Below, piece by piece: positions 1 through 13,099 of a DNA stretch of 64,000 nt. The DNA comes from Balanoglossus misakiensis. Taxonomy: Eukaryota > Animalia > Hemichordata. How positions within the stretch are numbered: position 1 is the stretch's first letter; each line of letters begins with the position of its first letter. The position numbers and the translations under genes are program-made. The notes beneath the pieces were generated by a model that was given only the letters and a program-made list of their open reading frames with translations, searched no databases and was not told the DNA's origin. The DNA lies in assembly GCA_040954595.2 (NCBI GenBank), contig JBECUI020000028.1:305349-369348 (forward strand). Reading direction: 5' to 3'.

Positions 1-817
1 GATGTTACTGTAACGGTGCACGAATCACTCTTTTTTGGGAAATAAAGTGCTATTTATGAGGCAACCTGTGGTGGTGTTAATCCCTCTAATATGACGCACA
101 GTAACGGGGGTCTTGTGTAAATAGTCGTCCGGTTCGACACTCGCCCCCGGCCGAAATGGTGCAATGGAGCCTGCAGAACTTGCGGGTTACCTGTGACCGT
201 GTCGGTACAACCCTGTACCGTAAAAAACTATAGCGTATTAACACCGTAATGAACGTCTGTCTACCGTGCGTAACTAACCAACGTGTCGTTATCACAACGT
301 CCGTGTGTGTCTTGTGTGCGAGAATGAGTCGTTGTCAGGCGGCTGTAGAGCGGAACACTGTGCGCCAGTGTCCAGTCGTTCGCATTACGTGTCGAACTAA
401 CTCGTACCCTACGGGAAAGTGGCAGGGGAAGGGGTGCCCGAACACCCCTGGCGGTACACCCTGGGTACCCTACTAATAACTGATGGTGTCGTTGTTGTGA
501 CGTGATGTAGCGTGTACTAACACACTAACTTTACTTTCGTAAAAGTAAGCCTCGAAACGACGTTTACAGACGCTCCCCTCCCAGGGGAACGAACCCGATG
601 ACCCCACAACTTTTACCCGGTTAATTGTTGTTTGAGGTCCCGTCGACACGGGACGGTGCCAAACTTGAAGTCTAGCACGTTCAAAAGCAGCTAAAATGAC
701 CCTCCAAAAACCCGATTTTCAGGCAAAAAGCCTGGTAATCCAGCGGGTGTAGAATGCCGGATTCTACATACACCGAAAAGGAGGCGGTCTCGTAACGACT
801 CGGCAGCCCAACGGGTT

Positions 818-3800
818 TTGACCCCCGGTAGCAAGAGGGTTAATTGTTCACTTAATAAGAGGCTGGATAAGAGATCTCGGGCGGTATCTGTGGATAAATC
901 CGTCCCGACCTTACGTAAAATGCTGCAGCAGTTCTCCCTGGTTGACATTTGGAGAGAACGCAACCCGTCACTGCAACAGTTTACATGGAGACGCTTGCAT
1001 CCCAACCCGACCTATAGTAGAATTGACTATATTTTTGTATCTAAGAGCATTCTAAAAAACACAAAAAGAGTTGACATCAGACCTGCATTGAAAACAGACC
1101 ACATGGCTGTTTATTTAGAAATTATGTATAGGAAGTCTGACAGGGGTCCTGGCACCTGGAAATTTAACAAGCACCTCCTTAAAAAGGAGGATTACGTTAT
1201 AAGTGTCCGTAATCTCCTGACACGGTGTAAAATTAAGTATGTGAATGTAGAAGCCAATGTTAGATGGGATTTGATAAAGAAAGATGTGAAGGAGTACACG
1301 ATTGAGTATTGTCATAATGTAACGAAGAATTCTAACACCCTCATTCCGGAGTTGGAGAAGCATTTGCGTACTGCTGAACAAAACATGCTCCATGAGCCGT
1401 CTGATTCCAACATTGAGGCTTATGGTTTAATTAAACAGCGTTTTGAAGATCTTTTCACCCTCCGTGCCGAAGGTGCGCAGATACGCTCCAAGGCACGCTG
1501 GGTCGAAAAGGGTGAAAAAAGTACAAAGTTCTTTTTGGGTTTAGAGAAGACAAATGCCTCCAAAAAGGAGATGAATGTTCTCCGTACAGCGCAGGGTACC
1601 TATGTAACTGATACGGAGCACATTCTTGAGGAACAGAAGAACTTTTATCAAAATCTGTATAAAGATAAGCCGAGAGATAGTTGCCTTGACGATTTTCTAG
1701 GAGATGCAGCTGTTTCACAGCTATCCCAGAATCAATCAGACATTTGTGAGGGTGAGCTCACAGAAAGAGAATGCTTTAAAGCACTGTGTATGATTGCTCC
1801 CAACAAATCTCCTGGATGCGACGGGTTAACTGGTGAATTTTATCGTTTTTTCTGGAATGATATTTGCGATTATGTATTGTCATCTTTAAATAGTAGTTAC
1901 AGGTGTGGTTCGCTATCTTTATCTCAGAGACGAAGTTTACTTACACTCCTGTTTAAGAAAGGCTCCGAGGACGATTTAAACAACTGGCGTCCAGTGTCTC
2001 TTCTAAATACAGATTATAAAATTGCTACTAAAGCCTTAGCTAATCGGTTACAGATCGTTCTTCCGTCATTGATCCATAGAGATCAAACCGGGTATATGAA
2101 GGGGCGTTTCATAGGTGAAAATGTTAGACTTATCGCTGACATCTTTCATTACTCAAAGAAGCACAATGTTGGGGGAGTTGCCATGTTCCTTGATTATGAA
2201 AAAGCCTTCGATAGCGTTAACTGGGACTATCTAGATGAAACTTTACGACGTATGAATTTTGGTCATTCCTTTCGTCAATGGGTAAAAACTTTCTACACGA
2301 ACATTCAGAGCTGTATTTTATACAAGGGTTGGTCTTCAAGTTACTTCAGGTTAGAAAGAGGTGTCCGTCAGGGATGTCCCCTCTCTGCACTTTTATTTGT
2401 AATAGCAATTGAGTTTTTAGCTTGTAAGATCAGACACGATAAAACTATCAAAGGGTTTCGTCTGCCTGCTGGTAATGGTCATGCCAAAGAAGCAAAGATA
2501 TCTTTACTTGCAGATGATACAACAGTATTCGTTGCAGATTTGTCTTCTGTTGTGTCTGTTCTCAAAGTAATGGAGAAGTTTCAAGGATACAGTGGGCTAA
2601 GGTTAAATAAAAAGAAAACGCAGGCTTTTAAACTTGGTAATTTAAGAAAATGTAACGATAAAGTGGGTGATATAAGTTGGACTGACAATCCTGTAAAAAC
2701 TCTTGGAGTATATTTTGGGTATGATGATGCTCTGTGTAAGCAGTTAAACTGGGATGATAAGTTAAAATCATTAGGTAAAGTTTTGGAAATGTGGGGAAGA
2801 CGGCAACTCACGATTTATGGCCGTGTTCTCATTACCAAGTCTCTTGCTGTTTCAAAAATTATGTATTTATCATCAGTAATTGGTATTCCCAATGATATTC
2901 TCTGTAAAGTACAACGTCTCGTTGACAGTTTTGTAAAACGTAAAAGGAGAATTTCGAACAAAATTCTTGAAAGTGGCTAAAAGCTAGGAGGAGTTAATCA
3001 TATTAATGTGAAATGCCAAGTGGAAGCAATGATGGCTCTTTGGGTTAAAAGAATAATAATGTGTAAAGACGAGACATGGGCTGTCTTGCCCTGGTCATAT
3101 TTGCTTTTAGATAATACCACAAATTTATTGCATCAACACTCAATTTGGCAAAGGGTTCCTGATTTTCTTTTATCTGTACTCCCAGAATTTTTTGTAAATG
3201 TACTGAATGCCTGGTATGCGGTGAAACACAATGCTTCCCGTGCAGGGAACCGTACCCTTGTCTGGTCCTCCAAATTCAGGTGTTTTTATGCAGCTCACTC
3301 TGAAAGTGATGACTATGATGTCACACTTGGCGTCTCTAAATCTCCGGTCCACAAATTAACTTGTAAGGTGTTGTATACTCATCTCATTCAGAGGCACTCA
3401 GTACAGGCTAGCGATAAACTCTCAAAATGGTTTTCTAAGTTAAATATCACCCCTGTAGAGCCAGAGAGCGACTGTTACAAAATCTGGCTGAGTATGTACA
3501 AGTTGACTAAAGAGACCAAGTTAAGAGAGTTTCAGTGGAAACTTCTACAACGCTTATTACCATGTAACAAGTATTTATACTTGTGGAAGTTAAATGAGTC
3601 AATGTTCTGTCCTCTTTGTCACCAGATTGACTCTCTGGAACACAGATTTATTTATTGTCAAATAGCTGTGAGATGCTGGAAAAAGCTGAAATACGTCATC
3701 TCTAAATGTTTTGAGTGTAGAGAAATAACACCATCAGACATTATTTTTACAAAAGTTGGCGAGAATGTCAAACCCAAAGAAAAACGTTATGTTTTTCAGC

Positions 3801-3973
3801 TTTTAATTCTTCTTGGGAAATGGAGCATCCATAAGTACTGGGTGACTAATGAAAACACACCGATTGAAGTTTTAATCAAAAATGAGTTTATGTTAAGGTA
3901 TAAGATTGAAAAACAACTGGATGCGAAAGCTGTTGTGCTAGAAACTTTTCAGAAAATTACGAGTTTACTGTAA
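818..3973 (+). pseudogene. Tx1/L1-clade non-LTR retrotransposon ORF2 (partial APE endonuclease + reverse transcriptase + C-terminal zinc-binding region), with one in-frame stop
   Basis: Endonuclease C-half (LVDIWRERNP, FTW, SRIDYIF, TDH), RT motifs (KSPGCDGLTGEFY, NWRPVSLLNTDYK, LDYEKAFDSV, GVRQGCPLS, LADD) and CPLCHQIDSLEHRFIYC. ORFs 818-2980 and 3008-3973 share a frame and are separated by a single TAA at 2978-2980. Endonuclease similarity starts only at ~838. Confidence 0.93.
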
Positions 3974-4051
3974 TTTTTAACCTCTTCAGGCCCGTGCAAC
4001 AATACTGTCTTTTCTATATTTATATAAACATGTAATTGAGGTGAAGGTTTA

Positions 4052-4082
4052 AATAAAAGATAAAAAAAAAAAAAAAAAAAAA
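4052..4082 (+). other. Polyadenylation signal and poly(A) tail marking the LINE 3' end
   Basis: AATAAA at 4052-4057 and an A-run at 4062-4082, about 80 nt after the ORF2 stop. Confidence 0.9.
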
Positions 4083-5789
4083 GTTGCAGGTTTTTTGCTA
4101 CAATTGTTTTTCTGAAAAACTACTTAAAAATCTTCTCCTCCAGAACCAGCGATTGCCGAGTCACGGGATTCGGGGTATGTGGTCACCTAACCTATGTCTA
4201 TATAGTATGCGAAGCGCACTGTGATTGGTCTATCGTTATGGCGGCCATATTGGATTTTCGGAAAACCATTGAAAAATGAAAATTCCGTTTTGTAGCCAAA
4301 ATGATGACAGCATGGAAAATCTTTTTGTGGATATGAGTCATCATATGACCGGAACTTGTCACAATTATTATTATTATTATTTTTTTTTTTTTTTTTTTTG
4401 GGGGGGGGGTCCAATTTTCCCATGACCTTTGACCCAGTTTTAAAACAACTAATTATATATGCATATGCCTTGTACCTCCTCTTGCAACAGCACCACAGTC
4501 ATGAAATTTGTGGACATGGGTACCACTGCTACCAGGACATGACACAAATATTTTGGGAATTTTAGCAATGACCTTTGACCTATTTCTGAAACATCATTTT
4601 TCTGCATATCTTATTCCAGGCTAACCAATAGGGCTAGAGGTCGTGTGTTTGTTGGACATGGTCCACTATGGGGTCAACATTTTATGCCCAAATTTTGGGT
4701 GACCTTGGGTGACCTTTGATCTAATTTCCCATATCTCAGCAGCCGCAGCAGTTAGAGCCCTGGCTTTTGGGGGGATTGAGCACAATGGAGTCTTACACAA
4801 GACTTCATTAATTATGTGCATACCTAATTCTAGGCGAACCAATAGGGCTACGGGTCTGGTTTTTGTTGGACGCAGACTAGTATGAGGTCCAATATTTTTG
4901 CGCAAATATGGGGTGACCTCAGGTGACTTTTGACTTACTTTCCCCATTCTCGCCCCACCAGACTACGGATTTCTTTCGTTTCACTATCGAAATCACGTAC
5001 TCTGGTTAAAATGGAGTACCGCGCTGGTATTTGAACATATTGGTAATGCATATTCATGAGATGACATCATTATAATCTGGCCAATCAAAGCCCGTCTCTC
5101 GAGGAGAGCTGGGACAATAGCACTTCCACACTGGAAGCCGCCATGTTGTTTAGAATGAGATGTAATGAGATGCGTGAATGGGATGTAACAAGCAATCTGA
5201 TTGGTTGTTGGGTGTACTATGAAAGCGCCTAGACCAAATACTGAATACATGGCCGTATTATACCACGTCCTTTTTGGGGGGAGCAGAGCGCTGCCGTAAA
5301 AGGGCCGTGGTTTGCGACGATGACTTTCCCATATCTTGGTATCCACAGCAGATACAGCCTTGGCATTTGCTGGTTACCATGGGAACCGCTTGTGCCCCGC
5401 CAACGCTGCTTGCAGCTTTAATTTAATCTGTACTTGTTATGTATGACATTTTTCTCACCCAAAAAATGTTTATTCAAGCCGAAAATTTCAAAATTATATC
5501 TTTTTATCTTTTTATCATCGAAGTATGTTTCTCGATGATAAAATATGTATTAAACAATTTCTGATGTGCAAAAACTGTGATTTGGTGCCAAAAATATCAT
5601 ACATAACATGTCGAAAGAGTTTGATCAAATATATTCATATTTTTACAGAGTTATAAAAACTTATTTTCATACTCGTACTGCAGATGCCAAACCGCGATGG
5701 TCGCCCGAAAATGCTTAACTACATGTACTTTCAGTCTCTCGAAACCAAAACCGAATCCAAGTCTTACTTCAGTACCGTCATGTGTATAA

Positions 5790-6395
5790 GTGCGCCCTCT
5801 TTGACGGAATTGGGGTTAGGAATAGCATATCATAATGACATGTCGGCATAGTATAAAGCCAAACGCGCACCGTATGTTGAATGGGCATAGTATCATGGTG
5901 AATGAGCGACGCATAATGATGTATGCACAGCGTATAATGATGCACAAGCAGCGTATAATGATGTATAAGCGTCGTATAATGATGCATAAGCGTCGTATAA
6001 TTCTGTATGGGCAGCGTATAATGATGTATCCACAGCGTATAATGATGCACAAGCAGCGTATAATGATGTATGCACATCGTATAATGATATATGCACATTG
6101 TATAATGATGTATACACATTGTATAAAGATGTATGAGCGTCGTATAATGATGTATGCACATTGTATAATGATGTATGCATATCGTATAATGATGTATGCA
6201 CATTGTATAATGATGTATGCACATTGTATAATGATGTATGCACATTGTATTATGATGTACGAGTGTCGTATAATGATGTACGAGCAGGGTATAATGATGT
6301 ATGAGCGTCGTATAATGATGTATGGGCAGCGTATAATGATGTATGCAGAGCATATAATGGTAACAATGGACTTAAGACAGCTGTGGCTTTCCATA
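5790..6395. mobile_element. Probable isolated end of an IS3EU-type element with a 21-bp subterminal tandem array
   Basis: About 21 copies of CGTATAATGATGTATGCACAT-like units (~5905-6360) end in ...GGCTTTCCATA, resembling the ...GGCTTTCATA terminus at 47486. The inner side has CGCCCTCTTT, as at the inner edge of the arrays in the 39229-47486 element. Confidence 0.55.
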
Positions 6396-7832
6396 TGCGC
6401 AAGTGGATTGACCGACGCGTGGTACGGTAGCCGGTCATGCATGCAGGATGACTTTTTTTCATGCTGCCGGCTGCGCCTCCAATCACAATTGCTTGAGGTC
6501 AAAGTCGTCATCAAGACGGTCCTGCCTCGCAGGACAAATGCAAGTAAGAATCAATACACGCTGATTTCAGATCATAGTGAGGTGAATACAGCTTCTTTGT
6601 GTGAGATTGCGTTGTAGGGCTTACTTTACAGAGCATTGTCCGAAGTTTCGCGATCGCATTCCAGAGCTTGCACCTGTGCGCGCTTGGGAGAATTGAGCGT
6701 CGAAGTGGTTAGAGCGATCGGCCTCTTGCTTTCCAGTTGACCGTAAACAGTCTCTACTGTACTCGTGTGCAGCTAGACCATGGCACGGCCGTTATCGTTA
6801 TCTGTAATACCTAGCACCCTTTATAGGATTAGCTTAGGTGGTAAACTGTTGTGATTGGAGTGTGTTTTTAACGTACTGTAGGTTAAACATCGCAACTAGC
6901 CTAATGTTTGACTAGGAGGAGCACCTACTAATGCGAAAACCAGGGATTGAAAATTGCCCCTTTAAACATCGACAGACAAATGACACATTTTTCCCCCTTT
7001 ATTTTGTAGAACAGAAGTAAAATGTTCTTGGAGAAGCAAATTTAAATTGTTTTGTGTTCTTTTCACAATTTTAGAAAAATGAAATATGACGACAAGTTGA
7101 CTGTAGAAACGGAAGGTTTGGGGTACTTTAGGCACATCACAGATAAATAAACACGAAACGCATTAATTTTTCAGCTGGAAAACTAAAGCCCTAGGCCTGC
7201 CCATCAGTTTCCTCCCATAGACAACCTTCACAATGGGACACCATCCCTGTTTCGTTCAGGAATCTCTCTGGGTTACCTCCAGGGGACGTATAGAATGCAT
7301 TAGTGACAATTAAAACGCCATCGACTTTATCCTGTATTATTTTGTAATATTTTCACGGAATCTGAGATTGAAAATTAAGTATTCCAACCATCAGCAATAA
7401 TTTACTTTCAAAAAATCTAACCGTTGAGAGCTATTTATAGAATAGAGTAATTTTGACATTAAGGCCGAACCCTGTTGTTGAGTATTAAGATTTAATTTTA
7501 ATGTTTCGATTAGTGATCTATTTCTTATGCATGAATGAAAAAAAATAATTGACAGATCTCAGTCTTACAGATGTTTATTTTATCACCATGGTAACAACTT
7601 CTTATCGGTATATAGAGGGTTGTTTGTCTCGTATCGCGCTACTGATATTGAAAAGTAACCTTCCTAATTTCAACAAGCTGTAAATTTTATAGACGTGTAA
7701 CTCGTGCTCATTTTCTTCTTCTTCTTCTTCTTTTTAATTTCATTTGCATAGCATCACTTGACCCTGATGAAGGTCAAAGGGGTTCAACTGTACGATCACT
7801 GTAATGGCTGACAACTATTATTTTTATTTCAG

Positions 7833-8388
7833 TGTCAACGATGGCACTCATTTTGCCGTGCCTTTAATTAATGCTGGGAATATATTAGTAAATGCCAAGT
7901 ACACAATCGCTCCTGAAGGTTTGTATAAGTTTTTCCATTATACTTGAAAAGAAGTGATTTTTGTTGGGGAATCATGAATGGGCCTTTAATTGCGCTAAAT
8001 GGACTATGTTATATTTTAGAGTTCTTTTCCTGGTCTATTATGAACTTTTAAACATAGAATCCATGAGAGAATGACTGGATTTGTTACTCTATATGTTGCA
8101 GGCACCCTCAAGCAAATGGTTAACCAAATCAGACAGTGTGTGGTGTTTATAGCAAAAAGATACCCTGAATCAAGGTAACTAAAATGTTGTTGACGTATCA
8201 GTGTGTCTTTGGTCTGACTCTGCTGTTTTTGGAGTGTATAGCAACTGTTTTGAACCTGGATATTGAATGTGTGATTTTTCTTTTCAGGGGAATCTTTCTC
8301 GGTGGTCATTCCGCTGGGAGCCACCTGGCAGCCATGTGTCTGCCAGTTGATTGGACCAAGTTTAATGTCAAACAAATTATCAGCCTGT
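7833..8388 (+). pseudogene. AFMID: Three-exon fragment of a kynurenine formamidase-like alpha/beta hydrolase
   Basis: GT-AG exons 7833-7918, 8102-8174 and 8288-~8388 splice in frame to VNDGTHFAVPLINAGNILVNAKYTIAPE-GTLKQMVNQIRQCVVFIAKRYPESR-GIFLGGHSAGSHLAAMCLPVDWT, including the GHSAG nucleophile elbow. No HGGYW exon and no downstream exons were found. Confidence 0.78.
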
Positions 8389-9442
8389 AATTTGCCAGTT
8401 GGAGATGCAATCACACTGCAAGCCACTGATCTTGTGACTCTTGCTGTAGGGTCCTGAGAGGCACCTCTAAGATTTTGAAGAAAAACAAATATAAGATGAC
8501 TGTGAGTGTGAGTGTGAGTGTGAAACATATCAAAAACAGAGAAAGCAAAAATGTGAACAAATGGGCCGAGCGCACAGGAACACAACAGACATATCACTCA
8601 AACTGATTCAATAACTTCAGGCACTATCAGAACTGATTTGATGGCTGCATCATACCATTATATATTTCACCTCTATTTATGCCATGATAGATAGGTAGGC
8701 AATACTTTTCATAGTGACTAGTGCAATACACCAAGCTATAATGGGCTGATTTGTCAATTTAAATAACGATACATTCTCATTTGAGTTGCTGTTAAAGATA
8801 CACGCACAAAAAGAAGTAAAAATCGTGTAAAGGACACGGTGGTCCCATTGAGTGATTACACAAGAAAAAGTCTACACCAGAGTACATGGCCATATACAGA
8901 CAGACAGACACACACACACGTACACACACATAGCGAGAGATCAACAGGTTAACACTGACTGACCCATAAGCTACCAATGATGTGTGTACTGTACATACAC
9001 CAAATAAAACAGCTGGTCTCATTAACATTTGGCCAGTTATGTAAGCATGCAGGAATTTGCTGTGGATACAAATGTCAGTAGGGGTTTAGTGGCAATTGCT
9101 CTTCGTGAGATAAAATTGTTTGTGGTATAAGACAAAATATTGTACAAAATATGGAAGTTCCAAATTACCTATGATATGTTTGTATCAAAATTGGAAAATA
9201 TGCCTCCCCCCCCCCCAAAAAAAAAAAAAAAAAAATAAGACAGTGTCCCACAAAACATTAAAACTGTCATCATAGGTTTTGCAAATCATCATGAGAACTC
9301 ACCCAGAAACCTTCAAATCAAATTTCAAAGCAATGGAGGTAGAGCGTTCTGAGAAAGAGTTTGACGGCAAAAAACACCCCAAAAATATATAGTGAAAGCT
9401 GTCATTACGGACACCTCTCTAATCAGGACACCTCTCTATTAA

Positions 9443-10739
9443 AGGCACGTAAGCTGCAACTGGATAAAAAATGAAAGTTTTAAGATGGGTCCCCCGGATC
9501 TTTTTGCCCGTTGCTATGGGCCTTTGCAGGACATTACACCCCGATTTGGACTAAGCCGTTGTCAGAGTCTAACAAGGGGCTGGTAACTAGTTGAAAATCT
9601 GCACGATTGTGAGCGCGCGCCCCCTGACGCCATTGATATGCAAATTAGCTAGGTCAAATTTCAAAAGCCTAAGGCTTTTTATTCCGTGACCTCAAAAACA
9701 AACTTGATACGTATTCATTAGTTGCTTGAACCAGGGAAGATCGTGATGGATTTTGTTTTCGAATATTACCGTTGTATCCTACGATTTCAGCATACCCGTA
9801 CCACACCTGAAAAAGTCATCGATTTTGGGTGTTTTTGGACGCACTCTTCCACCGGTATCGCTTCTTAGCACGACGAAAATCGAAAAAACGATCCGTCACA
9901 CTGTGCGGAAGTGCGTTCTCAACAAACAGGTCAAATTTGACTGGCATGCGTGGCCTATGAAAAAAGCCTTAGGGATTTTCGTGAACGGTACAAAATCTCT
10001 GTGTACAAAACATTGGATTTTTAGCGTTCGATCCAGTTACTGTGGTTACAGGACGCACACGCTATCGCTGACCGCTGCTTTGCCGTATTAGCGTGGCGGC
10101 CTATGGCCGGGCGGTAGCTGCCATAAACATACTCGGACAAGGGGTGTGCACACAATCGTGTGTATTTTTAGCTAGTTACAAGCCCCTTGTCGGACGTTCA
10201 TAACGGTTTCGATTAAAATTGAGTGTAGTGTCCTATAAAGGCCCATAGCAACGAGCAAAAAGATACGGGGGACCCATCTTAAATAATCTCATATATGCTT
10301 TTAATTATGTCTATTAAATGATATGTCATGATAATATATCAAGCTCAACACTTAGTTATGACAAAATGGCCAAAAATTAAAGAAAAACGAAAATTCCTGC
10401 AATTTTAAAAAAAGTGCAATATTGCAATGAAAAATGAAAATCTGATTTCTGAGTGGTGTACATTCCATGAGCTCAAGTGGATGAGATCATGGTTAGTTTA
10501 TGAAGTTTCATAACCTGAAATGCAACATTTTCATTGTTTCTTGCATTTTCCCATGGTTGCGCCATAATCGCTTGCGGCAAAGCTTTATTATTTATCTGGT
10601 TAAAACTCGCATATGCACTCATATTTAGGGTTTATAATGCTTGTATTTAGTTCACTGCCTTCATCTGCATGGACTAATGGTAGTGCAGTTTGAAACAAAA
10701 ATTATGAAAATTATCCCAAAAGTTACAGCTTACGTGCCT
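9443..10739. mobile_element. TTAA-flanked non-autonomous DNA transposon (Kolobok-like)
   Basis: 19-bp TIR AGGCACGTAAGCTGCAACT / AGTTACAGCTTACGTGCCT (1 mismatch); TTAA at 9439-9442 and 10740-10743. Confidence 0.8.
9484..10278. mobile_element. Second TTAA-flanked MITE nested within the first
   Basis: Long imperfect TIR GATGGGTCCCCCGGATCTTTTTGCCCGTTGCTATGGGCCTTT... matches the reverse complement of 10225-10278; TTAA on both sides. Confidence 0.8.
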
Positions 10740-11842
10740 TTAAGGACAGATTTTTTCAAGACAAAAGTCACAGTTTGAATAGAAAATTACCTGTCTATTA
10801 CGGACACATTTTCCAGTCCCAGAGGTGTCCTGAATAGACAGGTTTCACTGTACTATTGAATTCTTTAACTTGATTTGAAAAACATACATGCTAATCTTAC
10901 TTGGGGTACTGCTATGAACATGCCTACCAAATTTCAAAGCAATCTGAAAAGCATTTTTAATGAAAAGAAATTTTGATCAAAACGGCAAAAATTTCTCCAA
11001 AATTATAAGATAACAATTTTGCAGCAATTTAAACAAAACTTTGATAAGTTAGATCACCTATATGAAGCTCCATACTAAATTTCAAAGAAGTCGGCTGATC
11101 AATTCCAGAAAAGTAGATTTTTACCAAAAATGTGGAAAAAGACAAAAAATGCACAAAAAATAGAAAATTCATACTATCAGCTCAAAAAATACAGAGCTGT
11201 GTGAGGGTAATATAAGGTACTCTCGTACCAATTTTCAAATCAATATGACCAGGAGTTGTTGAGTTTCTGAGTTTTGACCAAATTACGGTTTTTCCCAGCT
11301 AATTTGCATATTTTTGGCAATGACAACTTCGTTTGAACAAACTCCCATCTAAGTCCCGGTATGCATCTACACACCAAATATCGAGGTTATTGGCGCAACG
11401 GTTTTCAAGTTTTTGATGTGGACGGACATACAGACATACATCCATCTATCCGTCAATACATACATACAGACGCAACCAATCCCATAAGGTCCCACTGGTA
11501 TATACCTATACAAATGGGACCTAAAAAAAACACAAAAAACGTCCTTGCTAGTTGATGTGGTACAATTATATTATATCACTTCACAGCTGGTAGCCAAGGG
11601 CAGTGTTTGCACAGAGGAGTCTCCTGAATGTCTTCGCTCGTTCACACCTCATCAGTGATAATGTCTGAATTACATTGACATGAAGCTGTTTGTTCAGTAG
11701 TGTTTCAACTGCCAGCCGCCTGGGTTCATTTTACACCCAAAACACTGAAAATATTGTAGCAGTCAATAATATAACCTACACACCGTGTAAAATTCACCAT
11801 GTTTTAAAGTTATGTTGATGTTTAATGTTTATTGTGACTTAC

Positions 11843-13099
11843 AGGGCATGCAAGGCTAAAGCTTGTCCAAAGTTGACAAAGCAAAAGACCAGACCAGGTG
11901 CCTGTTTTAAAATGTGCTTCCTTCCAAGGACCTTGGTGATGAGTCATGATTTGGGGAACGTTCGGAGTTACTTATTTTCTTTTGGTATGTTTTACCATTT
12001 CTGTCAATGTCGTACGCCACCGCTCCTGGAAAAAAACATCTGCTCAAATGAACACACTTGTTCTAAAATGGGCAAAGAGCTATAGACGCGAAGTGCACCA
12101 GAGAACCGCGCAATTCCAGACAAGAGTGTTGTATGAGTTGATTACTCCAGAGGAGTTTAAGGCGTATGAGAATTCGAAGATGGGGAGAAATACTTAGAGT
12201 AAGTTGCTTCTGCGAAAAAAGCTGAGTCCATTTCTGAAGACCAGTTTAAAATTATTAATGGGTACATTCTTGTGTGCCTTTCGTGTGACTCCGCACAAAG
12301 GTCTGGAGCTTTGATTAATGTAACTGTGGAAGATTTTAAAAGAGCTGTTGAAACCAAAAAAGGACATGTGGTTCTTGTCCCTCAGCATAAAACATCGAGT
12401 TCACATGGAGCAGCAAGACTAGGCTTTACAAAGCAGTTATTTCGTTTGGCAACCTTAATGGTGAGGGATGTTTTCCCTCGAACACAAGGCGGAGACTCTC
12501 CAACAAGGCCACTTTTTTCGCTCTACGAAGGAACAGGACATACAAACTCTTCTTTCGCCAGATTTTTGAATACATCATGGCGAAGAAGTGGGGTTTCAAA
12601 AAAACGACTTACAACAACAATTTGCAGGAAAAGTATGGTGACCATGGTTTTAATAAACAAACCCGAGATGTCAAAAGACCTTGCAAGCCATATGACGCAC
12701 CAACAGGCAATCCAAGCTGCCTTTTACAGAATTTCCAACGCCGTAGAAGAAATATCAAATGTACTGGAGGAGACGAGAGGATTAAGACAGGGTTAAACAG
12801 CCAATTCTTCTAAAGCCAAAACCATTGAAGGCAAAAGTCCTCCAAGGTCGCTCAGCTGTACCAGTGAAATGGAAGAGGGAGAAGACGAACCGGAATCAAC
12901 TTGTACATCATACGTCTTTAGTGGAAGAAGAGCATTTACACCAGAACAGGTTTTGATGATCTATTACAAATTCAAGAAGCAAATTGCTGCACACAAGATA
13001 ACAGCTGCTGATGTCCGCAAAATGCTAGATGAAGATGAGCAGTTAAAGAAGAAACTGAAACAGATTAATGATCGAGTAAGATGTTTTTATAGAAGATAG
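11843..13099 (+). pseudogene. Decayed tyrosine recombinase (Crypton-like or other YR-element) gene with a C-terminal helix-turn-helix-like tail
   Basis: Catalytic-order motifs QRSG (R), HKT (K), TICRK (R), LASHMTH (H) and AAFY (Y), preceded by a VRSYLFS core-binding-like segment. Frameshift and stop near 12185-12202, stop at 12796; tail RRAFTPEQV...QINDRVR. Confidence 0.75.

Larger units (their letters stand above)
9390..10850. mobile_element. TA-flanked Tc1/mariner-type MITE
   Basis: Ends (T/C)AGTGAAAGCTGTC...GACAGGTTTCACTG with a TA duplication. The empty site AAAAATA-TA-CTATTGAATTC is present in the sister repeat at ~34811-34830. Confidence 0.85.
9152..11528 (+). mobile_element. Non-autonomous interspersed repeat (HINE/Helentron-like), interrupted by nested insertions
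   Basis: Colinear with the uninterrupted copy at ~34500-35408. The 3' end has (ACAT/ACAG)n, an AGGTCCC...GGGACCT hairpin and an A-run. Class is inferred from this architecture. Confidence 0.6.

Noticed and set aside
4083-5420. Repeat-like block after the LINE tail as a sequence-specific Tx1 target
   Set aside because: The matching 5' flank is not in the window, so target specificity cannot be assessed.
5778-6617. Long ORFs on both strands (HHYT / IMMY repeats)
   Set aside because: Artefacts of a 21-bp tandem repeat whose length is a multiple of three.
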